NCBI GenBank assembly: GCA_964445785.1
Contig: CAYULY010000003.1
Coordinates: 4,084 to 68,083, forward strand
Source: an uncultured Nautiliales bacterium
Lineage (GTDB): Bacteria > Campylobacterota > Campylobacteria > Campylobacterales > Nautiliaceae
DNA: 64,000 bases
Direction of reading: 5' to 3'
The translations under genes were made by a program, and so were the position numbers. Shown here in pieces: positions 9,710-19,579 of this stretch (within the stretch, counting starts at the first letter, position 1; each line of letters starts with the position of its first letter). Below the pieces are notes generated by a model. It worked only from the letters and a program-made list of their open reading frames with translations, searched no databases and was not told where the DNA came from.

Positions 9710-11570
9710 TATTCTCCTCATTGTTAGGATTTTCAAACTCTTTAATAAGCTCCCTTACCCTACTTCCTTCAATTACCTCTTTTTCATAAAGCTCTTTTAC
9801 CATTTTCTCAATAACCGGAGTATATTTTTTTAATTGGTTCTTAACGTGTTTGTATCTCTCTTCAAGAGTCTGTTTTATAAATCTGTCAATCTCTTCTTGA
9901 GTTTTTTCCGAATAATCCCTGCCTTGAGAAAATCCTCCACCCAAAAATCTATTCTGCTGCTTTTCAAGAACCATAAGACCGGCTACGTCAGTCATACCGT
10001 AAAGCATAACCATAGATTTAATAATATCAGTAGCCCTCTCAAGGTCATTTCCAGCACCCGTTGAAATTTCGCCTATAAACACCTCTTCTGCAGCCCTTCC
10101 TCCAAGCAGTGTATCAACTTCGGCAATAAGTTCGCTTTTTTGCATTAAATATTTATCTTCTTCCGGAAGATTCAACGTATATCCAAGTGCGGCAAGCCCC
10201 CTTGGGACAATTGAAACCTTTTTCACTTTTCTGGCTTCCGGCGTTATTTCTGCAATTACAGCGTGTCCACTTTCGTGATAAGCAACAATCTTTTTATCTT
10301 TTTCGTTAAGCCTTCTGCTTCTTTTTTCAAGTCCTGCAATTTGTCTCTCAACCGCCTCTACAAACTCTTCTTGATTTACCTCTTTTTTATTTTTTCTACC
10401 GGCAAGAAGTGCAGCTTCATTTACAATATTTGCCAAATCGGCTCCTGCAAGCCCTGCCGTCATTTTTGCTATTTCTTTTACATCTACATCTTTACCAACT
10501 TTAATTTTTCTAATATGCACTTTTAAAATCTGAACTCTTCCTTCAAAATCCGGCTTATCAACAAGTACTTGCCTATCAAACCTTCCGGGTCTCAGAAGTG
10601 CCGGGTCAAGAATTTCGGGTCTGTTGGTAGCAGCAAGTACAATTACGGGTTCATTGGAATCAAATCCATCCATTTCAGCAAGTAACTGATTTAGAGTTTG
10701 TTCTCTTTCATCATTACCACCCATCATTCCACCGGCAGCCCTACTTTTACCGATTGCATCAATTTCATCGATAAATATAATACTAGGAGCTTCTTTTTTA
10801 GCCTGGTTAAATAAATCCCTAACTCTAGCAGCTCCAACCCCTACAAACATTTCGATAAAACTACTACCACTCACTGCAAAAAACGGAACATCTGCTTCTC
10901 CTGCCACGGCTTTTGCAAGGAGTGTTTTACCGGTACCCGGAGGACCTACAAGCAAAACACCTTTTGGGATTTTTGCACCTAGGTCTATGTATCTATCAGG
11001 ATTTTTCAGAAAATCCACTATCTCTTTTACTTCCTCTTTCGCTTCATCATTTCCGGCAACATCGTCAAATTTTACATCCGGCTTTTCCGATTTTATAAGA
11101 CCTTTTGCACTTCCTACTCCTAAAACTCCACCCATACCCTTTTGCATACGATTTGCCAAAAACATCCAAATAGCAAAGAAGATAAATATAGGAATAACCC
11201 ACCCGAAAATCAAATCGCTAAACCAATTATTATCATTCATAGCACCATAAGGAATATGATTTTTATCCAAAATAGGAATCAAACTGGTATCCTCCGGTAC
11301 TTTTTGCACCGTAATTACAATACCGTCTTTTAATTTAGCTTTTATTAAATGCTTTCCTATGGCCACATATTCAAGTTTTTTTTCCCTAGCTAGTTTTTTT
11401 ATATCCGAATAAGTAAGAGCCGCGTTTTGAGTAATAGAATTTAATCCATTTGAAGTACTTGGAGCTACACTTCTAAATACCACTATAATTATTAAAGCGA
11501 AAATTATAAAAAGCAATAAAGGATTGTTATCAAAAAAATTCTTATTATCGTTATTCTGTTTATTTGCCAT
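9687..11570 (-). CDS. ftsH: ATP-dependent zinc metalloprotease FtsH
   Basis: 2 TM helices, [16 protein letters not shown] ([20 protein letters not shown]), HESGH. Confidence 0.98.
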   Translation of the reverse strand: MANKQNNDNKNFFDNNPLLLFIIFALIIIVVFRSVAPSTSNGLNSITQNAALTYSDIKKLAREKKLEYVAIGKHLIKAKLKDGIVITVQKVPEDTSLIPILDKNHIPYGAMNDNNWFSDLIFGWVIPIFIFFAIWMFLANRMQKGMGGVLGVGSAKGLIKSEKPDVKFDDVAGNDEAKEEVKEIVDFLKNPDRYIDLGAKIPKGVLLVGPPGTGKTLLAKAVAGEADVPFFAVSGSSFIEMFVGVGAARVRDLFNQAKKEAPSIIFIDEIDAIGKSRAAGGMMGGNDEREQTLNQLLAEMDGFDSNEPVIVLAATNRPEILDPALLRPGRFDRQVLVDKPDFEGRVQILKVHIRKIKVGKDVDVKEIAKMTAGLAGADLANIVNEAALLAGRKNKKEVNQEEFVEAVERQIAGLEKRSRRLNEKDKKIVAYHESGHAVIAEITPEARKVKKVSIVPRGLAALGYTLNLPEEDKYLMQKSELIAEVDTLLGGRAAEEVFIGEISTGAGNDLERATDIIKSMVMLYGMTDVAGLMVLEKQQNRFLGGGFSQGRDYSEKTQEEIDRFIKQTLEERYKHVKNQLKKYTPVIEKMVKELYEKEVIEGSRVRELIKEFENPNNEENNENRNDS

Positions 11571-12392
11571 CTATTTCCTTTTAAATATTAATGTAACCCA
11601 TTCGTTTTCCGGGATTTCTTCGATTAATTCAAAATCCTTATATTTTTGAAGGACTCTGTTTTTATATTTATCTATTATCCCGGATAGAATCAAATATTTT
11701 TCTGTTTTTTCTTTTAAATCCCTAGCTATAAAAACCAAAACGTCGGCAATAATATTAGCTACCACCACATCATAAGTTTTATCAGTATTGTTTACGCTAC
11801 CTTCCCAAATTTCATTATAGCTTACATTATTTAGCTCAAAATTTTCCTTGGCACTTTTAACTGCCAAAGGGTCGGTATCACACGCATCAACCTTAGCCCC
11901 CAGCTTACTTGCCACAATTCCCAAAATTCCACTTCCACATCCTACATCTAAAAGAGTATTACCCTTTTTAACATATTTTTTTATAGCTTTTACACAGCTT
12001 CTTGTCGTTTCGTGATGACCACTTCCAAATGCAAGAGCTGGGTCTATTAGGATATTAATTTTCCCTTCTTTAGGAGGATACCAGCTAGGATGAATATAAA
12101 ACTCCTCAATTTCAACCGGTTTTACCGATTCCTGATAAGTTTTTATCCAATCTTTATTTGACTTTTCTTCTATTTCTATTTGTAAATCTATTTTAATTTG
12201 AAAAATCTCTTCTAACGCTTTTACGTAATCTTTCAACTCATCTATAAGAGAATCAAACTTATCCTCACCTCTTAAAATTAAAGTATCGTTTTTCTCTTCA
12301 ATACCGTTAAAAAACCTTTCCATTAAAAAGTTTTCGATTTCATCTTTAAAAGACGAAACCTTAACTTTTAATTCGTAATACTTACTTTGCAT
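11571..12392 (-). CDS. prmA: ribosomal protein L11 methyltransferase
   Basis: DPALAFGSGHHETT, LDVGCGSGIL, VVANI, ILSGI. Confidence 0.96.
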   Translation of the reverse strand: MQSKYYELKVKVSSFKDEIENFLMERFFNGIEEKNDTLILRGEDKFDSLIDELKDYVKALEEIFQIKIDLQIEIEEKSNKDWIKTYQESVKPVEIEEFYIHPSWYPPKEGKINILIDPALAFGSGHHETTRSCVKAIKKYVKKGNTLLDVGCGSGILGIVASKLGAKVDACDTDPLAVKSAKENFELNNVSYNEIWEGSVNNTDKTYDVVVANIIADVLVFIARDLKEKTEKYLILSGIIDKYKNRVLQKYKDFELIEEIPENEWVTLIFKRK

Positions 12393-12759
12393 CTTTATTG
12401 AATATCGCTTCTAATTTTTTTCTTAAAGTAGGTGGGTCAAAAGGTTTCACAATATAGTTATTCACCCCGGCTTTTAAAGCGGTAATAACCTCTTTTTTAC
12501 CACCTTCTGTTGTTACCATTACAATAGGTGTATCCTGGTCAACTGCCCTAATTTTTTTAACAAGCTCAAGCCCGTCCATATTAGGCATATTCCAGTCAGT
12601 TAAAATCGCTTCAATTTCGTCTTTATGAGCTCTATAAGCTTCCCATCCTTCAACTCCGTCGGCAGCTTGTAAAATATCAGTGTAACCTAATCTAGCCAAA
12701 GTATTCACAAGAATTCTTCTCATCGTTGAAGAATCGTCTATTACTAATATTTTTCCCAT
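12382..12759 (-). CDS. cheY: chemotaxis response regulator CheY
   Basis: Single receiver domain (DDS, TDWNMP, VTTEG, KPF); cheY-prmA-ftsH order is typical of Campylobacterota. Confidence 0.93.
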   Translation of the reverse strand: MGKILVIDDSSTMRRILVNTLARLGYTDILQAADGVEGWEAYRAHKDEIEAILTDWNMPNMDGLELVKKIRAVDQDTPIVMVTTEGGKKEVITALKAGVNNYIVKPFDPPTLRKKLEAIFNKDAK

Positions 12760-13463
12760 TAATACTCCTTTAAAATTTTTTCTAAATCTATTTTACTTTC
12801 ATAAAAGGCTTTTCCCACTATTACCCCGTAAATATCATTCTTTTTTACTTTTTTTATATCATCTTCGGATGCTACCCCTCCACTAGCTATAACCGGTTTT
12901 TGACTTGCATTTTGAATATCCAAAATGAAGTCGATATTAAGACCACTTAAAGTTCCGTCTTTTGAAATATCTGTTGCAATTATACACTCTATTTTAGAAT
13001 TTTCATACATTTTAGCAAGTTCCGTAGCTTTTATACCTTCGGTTTTACCCCATCCATCAATCGCTACAAAACCGTCTTTTGCATCAATTCCTACGGCTAT
13101 CGGATAAGTATCGGCAAGTTCTATTACTTTTTGAGGATTTTTTGCTGCAATACTTCCTAAAATAAGTCTATTAATACCCAAATCAAGATACCTTTTTATC
13201 GTATCTTCATCTCTTATTCCACCACCTAGCTGGATTTTTAATTTAGTGTTTTTTCTTATCTTTTCAATCTGTTCTATATTTTTAGGCTCTCCTGCAAAAG
13301 CACCGTTTAAATCCACTATATGAAGCCACTTAGCTCCCATTTCCTCAAATCTTTTTGCAAGTTCATAAGGCTCTTTACTGTATACTTTCGCACTCTCCAT
13401 CAAACCTTTTGTAAGCCTAACAGCCTTACCGTCTTTTAAATCTATCGCCGGGAAAATAGTCAT
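12759..13463 (-). CDS. hisA: ProFAR isomerase
   Basis: [41 protein letters not shown]. Confidence 0.96.
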   Translation of the reverse strand: MTIFPAIDLKDGKAVRLTKGLMESAKVYSKEPYELAKRFEEMGAKWLHIVDLNGAFAGEPKNIEQIEKIRKNTKLKIQLGGGIRDEDTIKRYLDLGINRLILGSIAAKNPQKVIELADTYPIAVGIDAKDGFVAIDGWGKTEGIKATELAKMYENSKIECIIATDISKDGTLSGLNIDFILDIQNASQKPVIASGGVASEDDIKKVKKNDIYGVIVGKAFYESKIDLEKILKEY

Positions 13464-13472
13464 TTTTACTCC

Positions 13473-14024
13473 TTATAAATTACTAAATTTATTTTTTAAT
13501 TCATTAAAATATTCACAATCCAATTCATATGGTGGTTGTTTTATTTCAAACATTTTTTGTAAAAGATTTTTTGCCAAACATTTATCTAGGCTATCTTTAC
13601 CCATACATTCTAAAAAATTGCTATAACACTTTTTTAAGTTCTCTTTTACACATTCAAGCAAAAGCGTTTCAATATTACCTCTTTTATTATGAGGATTACA
13701 ACTTATAAAATAATCAGCTTTTATATTAAATTTTTGCACTAAACTACCAATTAAACTTTGAATATCGCTTTGAGTCTTATTAAAATCTTCATCTGCATCC
13801 AATATAAATAAAAATTTTTTACTTTTTTGAACAATACCATTATAATTTTCTTCTTTTAAAAGTTCACCTTTTCCTTTCATTTTATAGAACATAACTTTTC
13901 TACCTCTCAAATCCAAATACATATTATTCTCATATTTTTTTAAATCAAGTATTCTGACAATATGATTTTGCTCACTTTTTCCAGCTTCGGCAGACTCTAT
14001 TATAATTCCAATATCTACTACCAT
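13473..14024 (-). CDS. DUF3226/TOPRIM-like protein, partner of upstream ATPase
   Basis: N-terminal beta strand ending in Glu (IIIES), central hydrophobic-DAD motif (FILDADED), GNIETLL; start overlaps the ATPase stop. Confidence 0.6.
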   Translation of the reverse strand: MVVDIGIIIESAEAGKSEQNHIVRILDLKKYENNMYLDLRGRKVMFYKMKGKGELLKEENYNGIVQKSKKFLFILDADEDFNKTQSDIQSLIGSLVQKFNIKADYFISCNPHNKRGNIETLLLECVKENLKKCYSNFLECMGKDSLDKCLAKNLLQKMFEIKQPPYELDCEYFNELKNKFSNL

Positions 14025-14977
14025 CCTCTAACCTCAAAATCATTTTCAAGCTCTAACTTTAAAGTATCCTTATTAAAACACATATACCCATCTTCTAAAA
14101 GTTCTATAAAACTCATATCATCAAATTTTTCTTTTTCAATAACTTTTACAAAAGATTCAATTAATTCTTTTGAATGAGTTGTTGCAAAAACCTGAACATT
14201 AAATTTTTCACTTAAATAAATTATATTTTTCCAAATTAACTCATAGTTTTTGTACCAAATTCCATTCTCAACCTCATCAATTAAAACAATACTATTTTTT
14301 TTATCTTTAACTTTATAAAATGCAAGCAAAATAAAAATAAATCTCTTTAATCCTTCACCAAGTTCACTAATAGGTATATAATCATTAAGATTTTTTATTT
14401 TTACAGAAGGCTCATCATTAATAATTTTAAATTTTTCTACATTAGAATCAAAAAGTTTAATATTTTCATTTATAAACTCTTCGTCTTCATTAGTTTGTAC
14501 GAATTTATACCACTCTTTTAAAGTAATAATACTACCTCCTAAATCTACAATAAACACATAATGTTTAGTATCAATTTCAGGCAGAATATAAGGATTAACT
14601 ATTTTTGTATATTTTTTGTTCTTCTTATTAACTTTTACCTCAAATAAATACTCTATCGAATCGCTACTTCTAAAAGAAATATTTGTTAAATTGCTGTTAA
14701 TTTCAAAAAATTTATACCTTTTTCTTAAATCGCCGATAAAACTGCTTATCGGCTCCTCTTTATGTCTTATAGGTATTTCAGGGTCTCTTTTTTGTAAAAT
14801 CTGAAATAAATTCAATATAACAGAGTCCGGATTATCCAATGTCGCAAAAGATATAGCTTCTAATAAAGAAGTTTTTCCTATATTATTAGCCCCCGTAATT
14901 AAATTTATTCTTTTAAATTCATTAAATTCAAAAGATTGTAACCGTCTGTAGTTTTTAATTTCTAATAATTTTATCAT
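14018..14977 (-). CDS. ABC/AAA_21-family ATPase (AbiEii/OLD/AriA-like)
   Basis: IKNYR start, Walker A GANNIGKT, signature-like LGEGLKR, Walker B VLIDEVENG, H-loop ATTHS. Confidence 0.88.
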   Translation of the reverse strand: MIKLLEIKNYRRLQSFEFNEFKRINLITGANNIGKTSLLEAISFATLDNPDSVILNLFQILQKRDPEIPIRHKEEPISSFIGDLRKRYKFFEINSNLTNISFRSSDSIEYLFEVKVNKKNKKYTKIVNPYILPEIDTKHYVFIVDLGGSIITLKEWYKFVQTNEDEEFINENIKLFDSNVEKFKIINDEPSVKIKNLNDYIPISELGEGLKRFIFILLAFYKVKDKKNSIVLIDEVENGIWYKNYELIWKNIIYLSEKFNVQVFATTHSKELIESFVKVIEKEKFDDMSFIELLEDGYMCFNKDTLKLELENDFEVRGW

Positions 14978-14996
14978 GTTTTAACCTTTTGACCCC

Positions 14997-15602
14997 TTAT
15001 AACTTAACGAAATTATCAAGCACTTTTAATCCCTCATTATGAGACTTTTCCGGATGCGGTTGAAACCCGAATACATTATCTTTATTTACAGCACTCACAA
15101 ACTCATACCCGTAAATTGTCTTACCTATTACATACTCTTCATCACACACTACGTGATAAGAATGAACAAAATACAAATAAGGATTATCAAGCCCTTTAAA
15201 AAGAGATGAATTTTTTTTAAAAAACATTTTATTCCATCCCATATGTGGGACTTTATGAGTCGATTCTACTTTTTTATCAAACCTAACCACACTCCCAGGA
15301 ATTATCCCAAGTCCTTTATGTTCACCAAACTCTTCACTTCTATCAAACAAAAGCTGCATTCCAAGGCAAACTCCAAGTACGTATTTTCCACTTTTTACAA
15401 ACTCTCTCATAGCCTCATCAAGATTTGTCTCTTTTAAATGAAGCATTGCGTCACCAAACGCTCCAACTCCCGGAAATACAAGTTTATCGTAGTTTTTCAG
15501 TTTGTCACTCTCACTTACAACCTCAACCTTACCACCTATTTTTTTAAAAGCGTTAACGACACTTGCCAAATTACCCATATTATAGTTTACAATTCCTATC
15601 AT
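14997..15602 (-). CDS. hisH: imidazole glycerol phosphate synthase subunit HisH
   Basis: NYNMGN, PGVGAF, GVCLGMQ, PHMGWN, YFVHSY, FQPHPEKS. Confidence 0.96.
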   Translation of the reverse strand: MIGIVNYNMGNLASVVNAFKKIGGKVEVVSESDKLKNYDKLVFPGVGAFGDAMLHLKETNLDEAMREFVKSGKYVLGVCLGMQLLFDRSEEFGEHKGLGIIPGSVVRFDKKVESTHKVPHMGWNKMFFKKNSSLFKGLDNPYLYFVHSYHVVCDEEYVIGKTIYGYEFVSAVNKDNVFGFQPHPEKSHNEGLKVLDNFVKL

Positions 15603-15610
15603 AATCTTCC

Positions 15611-16507
15611 TTATTTGATATCTTTACCCACATTTTTCATATAATAAGCAAGTCCCACAAGTAAAAACGTAACGGCAGCCAAAAGCATAGCCGCATACAT
15701 TAATTTATGGGGAGCAATCATAGCGAATTTAAATACAAGCATAAGCCCCTCAATCGCAAGGGCAATTACAATACTTCCCAAAAATTTAATCATAGTTTTA
15801 TGAATAGCAAAAGGATGATCTTCTTTTTCTCCTATAACCTCTTCAAAAAGAAGAGTTTTTACCAAATCAAAAAGAGCTAACGAGAGAGTTATCAAAATAG
15901 TAGACTCAAACATTTTTTTCACATCTATATTATTAAACGTATAACTAAAAAACATTTTAATTCCGTCTATAAACAAAAGTACACAAATAGCAAACAACGC
16001 CGCTGCAAAAACACCATAGACCACTCTATTAAAAGTATAAGCCCAGTTGTCTCCTCTTTCTTTATGAACAAATTTTAAAATCTTTTCCAAAGGAATGTCA
16101 ATAATCGCTACATATAAAAGCTCCCCTTTATCGTTAAAAATAGGCATTGCCGCACTTACCACCATCTCTCCACCTATTAAACTCGGATAAGGATCTGTTA
16201 AAATACACTTTTTCTCTTTAACTGCTTTATAAAAATAAGTCCTATTCGCTTGATTAAATTCAACATCAAAATCTTTATACTTATCTTTTAAAGTTATCAT
16301 TTTACTAATCTGTTTACCTCCGGCATCCAATATATAGGCCGCATTGGCTTCAGAAATTTCATGAACTATTCTCTCAAGTCCATCATAAATAACATCAACT
16401 CCAATATTTGGAAGTCTATTAGGTAAATTTCTTTGAAGCAAATAACAAAAATAAGCCCTAGCGTCTTTTCTAATTTTCTGAAATTCTTGAATTTCTCTAA
16501 TTAACAT
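15611..16507 (-). CDS. PDC/Cache-domain membrane protein (Campylobacter PglG/WlaM-like)
   Basis: Cache-like R.YF...ILTDPYPS motif followed by four TM helices (PsiE-like C-terminus). Confidence 0.7.
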   Translation of the reverse strand: MLIREIQEFQKIRKDARAYFCYLLQRNLPNRLPNIGVDVIYDGLERIVHEISEANAAYILDAGGKQISKMITLKDKYKDFDVEFNQANRTYFYKAVKEKKCILTDPYPSLIGGEMVVSAAMPIFNDKGELLYVAIIDIPLEKILKFVHKERGDNWAYTFNRVVYGVFAAALFAICVLLFIDGIKMFFSYTFNNIDVKKMFESTILITLSLALFDLVKTLLFEEVIGEKEDHPFAIHKTMIKFLGSIVIALAIEGLMLVFKFAMIAPHKLMYAAMLLAAVTFLLVGLAYYMKNVGKDIK

Positions 16508-17051
16508 TTTTCTCTCCTATTATTTTTACTAACTCTTCCACACAAAGCCCCATTGCAGTAGACTCATACCCTTTTACATTTTTTATATATTTTTTACAAA
16601 ATCCCTCAACCATACACGCCCCGGCTTTTCCCTGCCACTCATTAGAGTTCAAATACTTTTCTAAATCGTTAACATCAAATTTCTCAAATTCATAAATAGT
16701 CTCATCTATCCTACAAAAATTTTGTCCTTTAAACCTAACCCACATACAAGTTATAATTTTTATTTCTTTTCCACTTTGAGCGAATAACATTCTTTTTGCT
16801 TCATCTTTTGATTTAGCTTTCCTTAAAATCTCTTTTCCGTCACTCACAACCGTATCTGCCGTTATAATGTCTTCACTTTTAAAACATTTACAGCACTCTT
16901 TAAATTTACCGTAACTAGCTGCAAATACAAATTCATACGGGTCTTTAGCCGTTATCCGTTCTTCATCAAAAGCACAGCTTTTTTGAATAAAATCAATACC
17001 TGCTTCTTGTAATAATTTAGCACGGGTTTTAGAAGAGCTACAAAGTATCAT
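16497..17051 (-). CDS. maf: Maf-family nucleotide pyrophosphatase
   Basis: ILCSSS..R..LL, FDE, ITADTVV, W.GKAGA, AMGL. Confidence 0.92.
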   Translation of the reverse strand: MILCSSSKTRAKLLQEAGIDFIQKSCAFDEERITAKDPYEFVFAASYGKFKECCKCFKSEDIITADTVVSDGKEILRKAKSKDEAKRMLFAQSGKEIKIITCMWVRFKGQNFCRIDETIYEFEKFDVNDLEKYLNSNEWQGKAGACMVEGFCKKYIKNVKGYESTAMGLCVEELVKIIGEKNVN

Positions 17052-17084
17052 AACAACCTTTCTAATGAAATTGTATCAAAACTG

Positions 17085-18914
17085 TTAAATCTTAAAAACA
17101 TACTCAAAAACATTCTTACCGTCTTTATAATAAACCCTATATTTAATAGAATATTTATCGCAGATATTTTTAACTATATTAAGTCCTAAGCCCAAACCTC
17201 TTTTATGAATCTGTTCTCTATAATTTTTTTCAAAAATCTGTTCCGGATTTTTAATAGGCTCGCCCTCGGATACAAATCTCAAAATAACCTTATCCCATAC
17301 TTTTCTCAAAAATATTTCTATATCCTTACCGGTTGAATACTTAATTGCATTTGAAATATTATTATCTATAATTCTCTCAAACTCTATTCTATTTATCATA
17401 TACTCAATCGAATCGTCTTCGATTTTATCAATAAGTCTTTTATCATTAACTTTAGCTATATTAGAAAAAAATCCTATTCTGGATTTTAAGACTTTAGCAA
17501 TATTAATTAAAGCCGGTTTATATGTTATGGCAGTATTATTAGAAGACAAATAAGCCAAATCCTCATAAGAATTAGTAAGCATAGCGACAGCAGCATCTAT
17601 CTCTTCAATAATCTCTTCTACATCCTTGTCTTTTATCTGAAATTTAAGCAAATCCATATTAAGCATTATAATTTGAAGAGGAGTTCTTATTTGATGAATA
17701 GTGTCAACGATAAATCTTCTGTTTAGCTCTAAAAGATTTTTATTCTTTTCTATCTCTTTGTTTAATTTAGAATGTAATATATTGTAACTATTTTTTACAT
17801 CGTTTATCTCTTGAATATAAGAATTACATTCATAACAAGGCTTGTTCTTTCTCATTTTATCCACAAGTTTCATTAAAGGTTTAGTAATACGAAATACTAT
17901 TATCGTATACATAAAAGTAAAAGCAAAAATAAACAATACCAAAATAACAATTAAATTTATGTTTAATTTATTCAAATCTTTTTTTAAACAAGAAATATCG
18001 TAAACGGTTTTAATTATTACCTTACTGTTTATTTGTTCGAAAAGAGAATTTATAAGAGAAAAAATAGTGAGTTCGTTCTTATCGATATCTATCTCTTTTA
18101 AAAGATTATTATTTTTTTCAAAAAGAGAAAAAATAGATTCCAAAATCTCTTTTTGAGACTTAGTATTCATATCGTTCAAAATATCTTTTACCATTTCCTT
18201 ATAAAACTCTTTGTCTTGAGAAAACACTCTCTTTTTTTCCATATCTAACTTATAAATTTTATATTTATCTAAAAAATAAATGTCTAATATCTTAGTCGTA
18301 GGCTTTACAAAATTATAAATATCTTTTAAATTATCATAAATATCAACTACATACGCAAGACCTATTATATATTTTCCGTCTAACGTCCTAATAAAATAGT
18401 ATTTTTTTAGCTCCATAGAATCTGAATCCAAATCAATATAAGAAATTTCTATTTTTTTAGTACCCTTAAAAACATCCCCGATTATTTTCTTAAGAAAAGG
18501 ATTGTTACTTAAATCTTTTCCTATATCTTTTTCATTATTACTTGCGGCTATTATATAATTTTTATTCAATAAAAATACCTCATAATGACCCGATTTCAAA
18601 GTATTATATTTATTTAAAAACTTAGCTATTTTTACAACGTCAACCGTACCGTTATTATAAAAATACGGAAGCTTATACAAATTTAAAATATTTTGCTTTT
18701 CCTGATTTTTAAAAGCATAAAAAGCTTTATCAAAAGCACTACCGAAATGCTCCTTAACCTGCAAAGCCAAAAGAGCGTATTTATTAAGATAACTTTGAAT
18801 CAAAATTTCTCTAGATATTCTATATTGAGAATAAATGAATAAAAAAGAAATAAAAAAGATGAAAATAAAAAAGATTAAAATAACCTTATTAAGAGTTATT
18901 TTATTTTTTATCAA
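17085..18914 (-). CDS. membrane sensor histidine kinase
   Basis: Two TM helices around a large periplasmic region; H-box IHQIRTPL, N-box NNISNAIKY, G2 GLGLGL. Confidence 0.9.
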   Translation of the reverse strand: MIKNKITLNKVILIFFIFIFFISFLFIYSQYRISREILIQSYLNKYALLALQVKEHFGSAFDKAFYAFKNQEKQNILNLYKLPYFYNNGTVDVVKIAKFLNKYNTLKSGHYEVFLLNKNYIIAASNNEKDIGKDLSNNPFLKKIIGDVFKGTKKIEISYIDLDSDSMELKKYYFIRTLDGKYIIGLAYVVDIYDNLKDIYNFVKPTTKILDIYFLDKYKIYKLDMEKKRVFSQDKEFYKEMVKDILNDMNTKSQKEILESIFSLFEKNNNLLKEIDIDKNELTIFSLINSLFEQINSKVIIKTVYDISCLKKDLNKLNINLIVILVLFIFAFTFMYTIIVFRITKPLMKLVDKMRKNKPCYECNSYIQEINDVKNSYNILHSKLNKEIEKNKNLLELNRRFIVDTIHQIRTPLQIIMLNMDLLKFQIKDKDVEEIIEEIDAAVAMLTNSYEDLAYLSSNNTAITYKPALINIAKVLKSRIGFFSNIAKVNDKRLIDKIEDDSIEYMINRIEFERIIDNNISNAIKYSTGKDIEIFLRKVWDKVILRFVSEGEPIKNPEQIFEKNYREQIHKRGLGLGLNIVKNICDKYSIKYRVYYKDGKNVFEYVFKI

Positions 18915-19569
18915 ATCTATAACCTATCCCTACTTCCGAAACTATATAATCTTTTGGAAGTTTACTTTTAAGTTCGCTTACAAGTTGTCTTAAAGGATAT
19001 GATTTTTTTTCTTCTCCTTCCCATACATATTTAATAATATCCTCTTTTTTTACCGTTTTACCTATATTTTTTAAAAGAACCGCAAGAAGTTTTTTCTCTT
19101 TTTTTCTTAAATTGGCAAGGACTCCGTCAAGATATAAATCCAAAGTATCGAAATAAAACTCCATATTGTCAACTTTAATCTTATCCTCTTTTGTTTGATT
19201 AGAAGCATTTTGTTTTATCTTCTTCCAATGATTAATTCTTAAAAGCAACTCTTCAATATGAAAAGGTTTTTTTATATACTCATCACATCCGTTTCCGTAA
19301 GCTTTTTCCATATCTTCTATTTCGGCAGATGCCGTAATCATAAAAATAATGGCATCTTTATTTTTATTTCTTATAAGTTTTACAAGCTTTAATCCGTCAA
19401 TTCCGGGAATATTAATATCAAGCAGATACACATCATATTCATTTATCAAAATATCATCAAACGCATCTTCTCCGTCTTCCAAATGTATTACATCGTACCC
19501 ATTCGCTTTTAAACCTTTAGTTAAAGCTCTACCTAATTGTTTATCGTCTTCCACCAATAAAATTTTCAT
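18901..19569 (-). CDS. OmpR-family DNA-binding response regulator
   Basis: LVEDD, LLDINIPG.DG, KKPF, winged-helix end GIGY; overlaps the kinase start. Confidence 0.93.
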   Translation of the reverse strand: MKILLVEDDKQLGRALTKGLKANGYDVIHLEDGEDAFDDILINEYDVYLLDINIPGIDGLKLVKLIRNKNKDAIIFMITASAEIEDMEKAYGNGCDEYIKKPFHIEELLLRINHWKKIKQNASNQTKEDKIKVDNMEFYFDTLDLYLDGVLANLRKKEKKLLAVLLKNIGKTVKKEDIIKYVWEGEEKKSYPLRQLVSELKSKLPKDYIVSEVGIGYRFDKK

Positions 19570-19579
19570 TTTAATCCTT

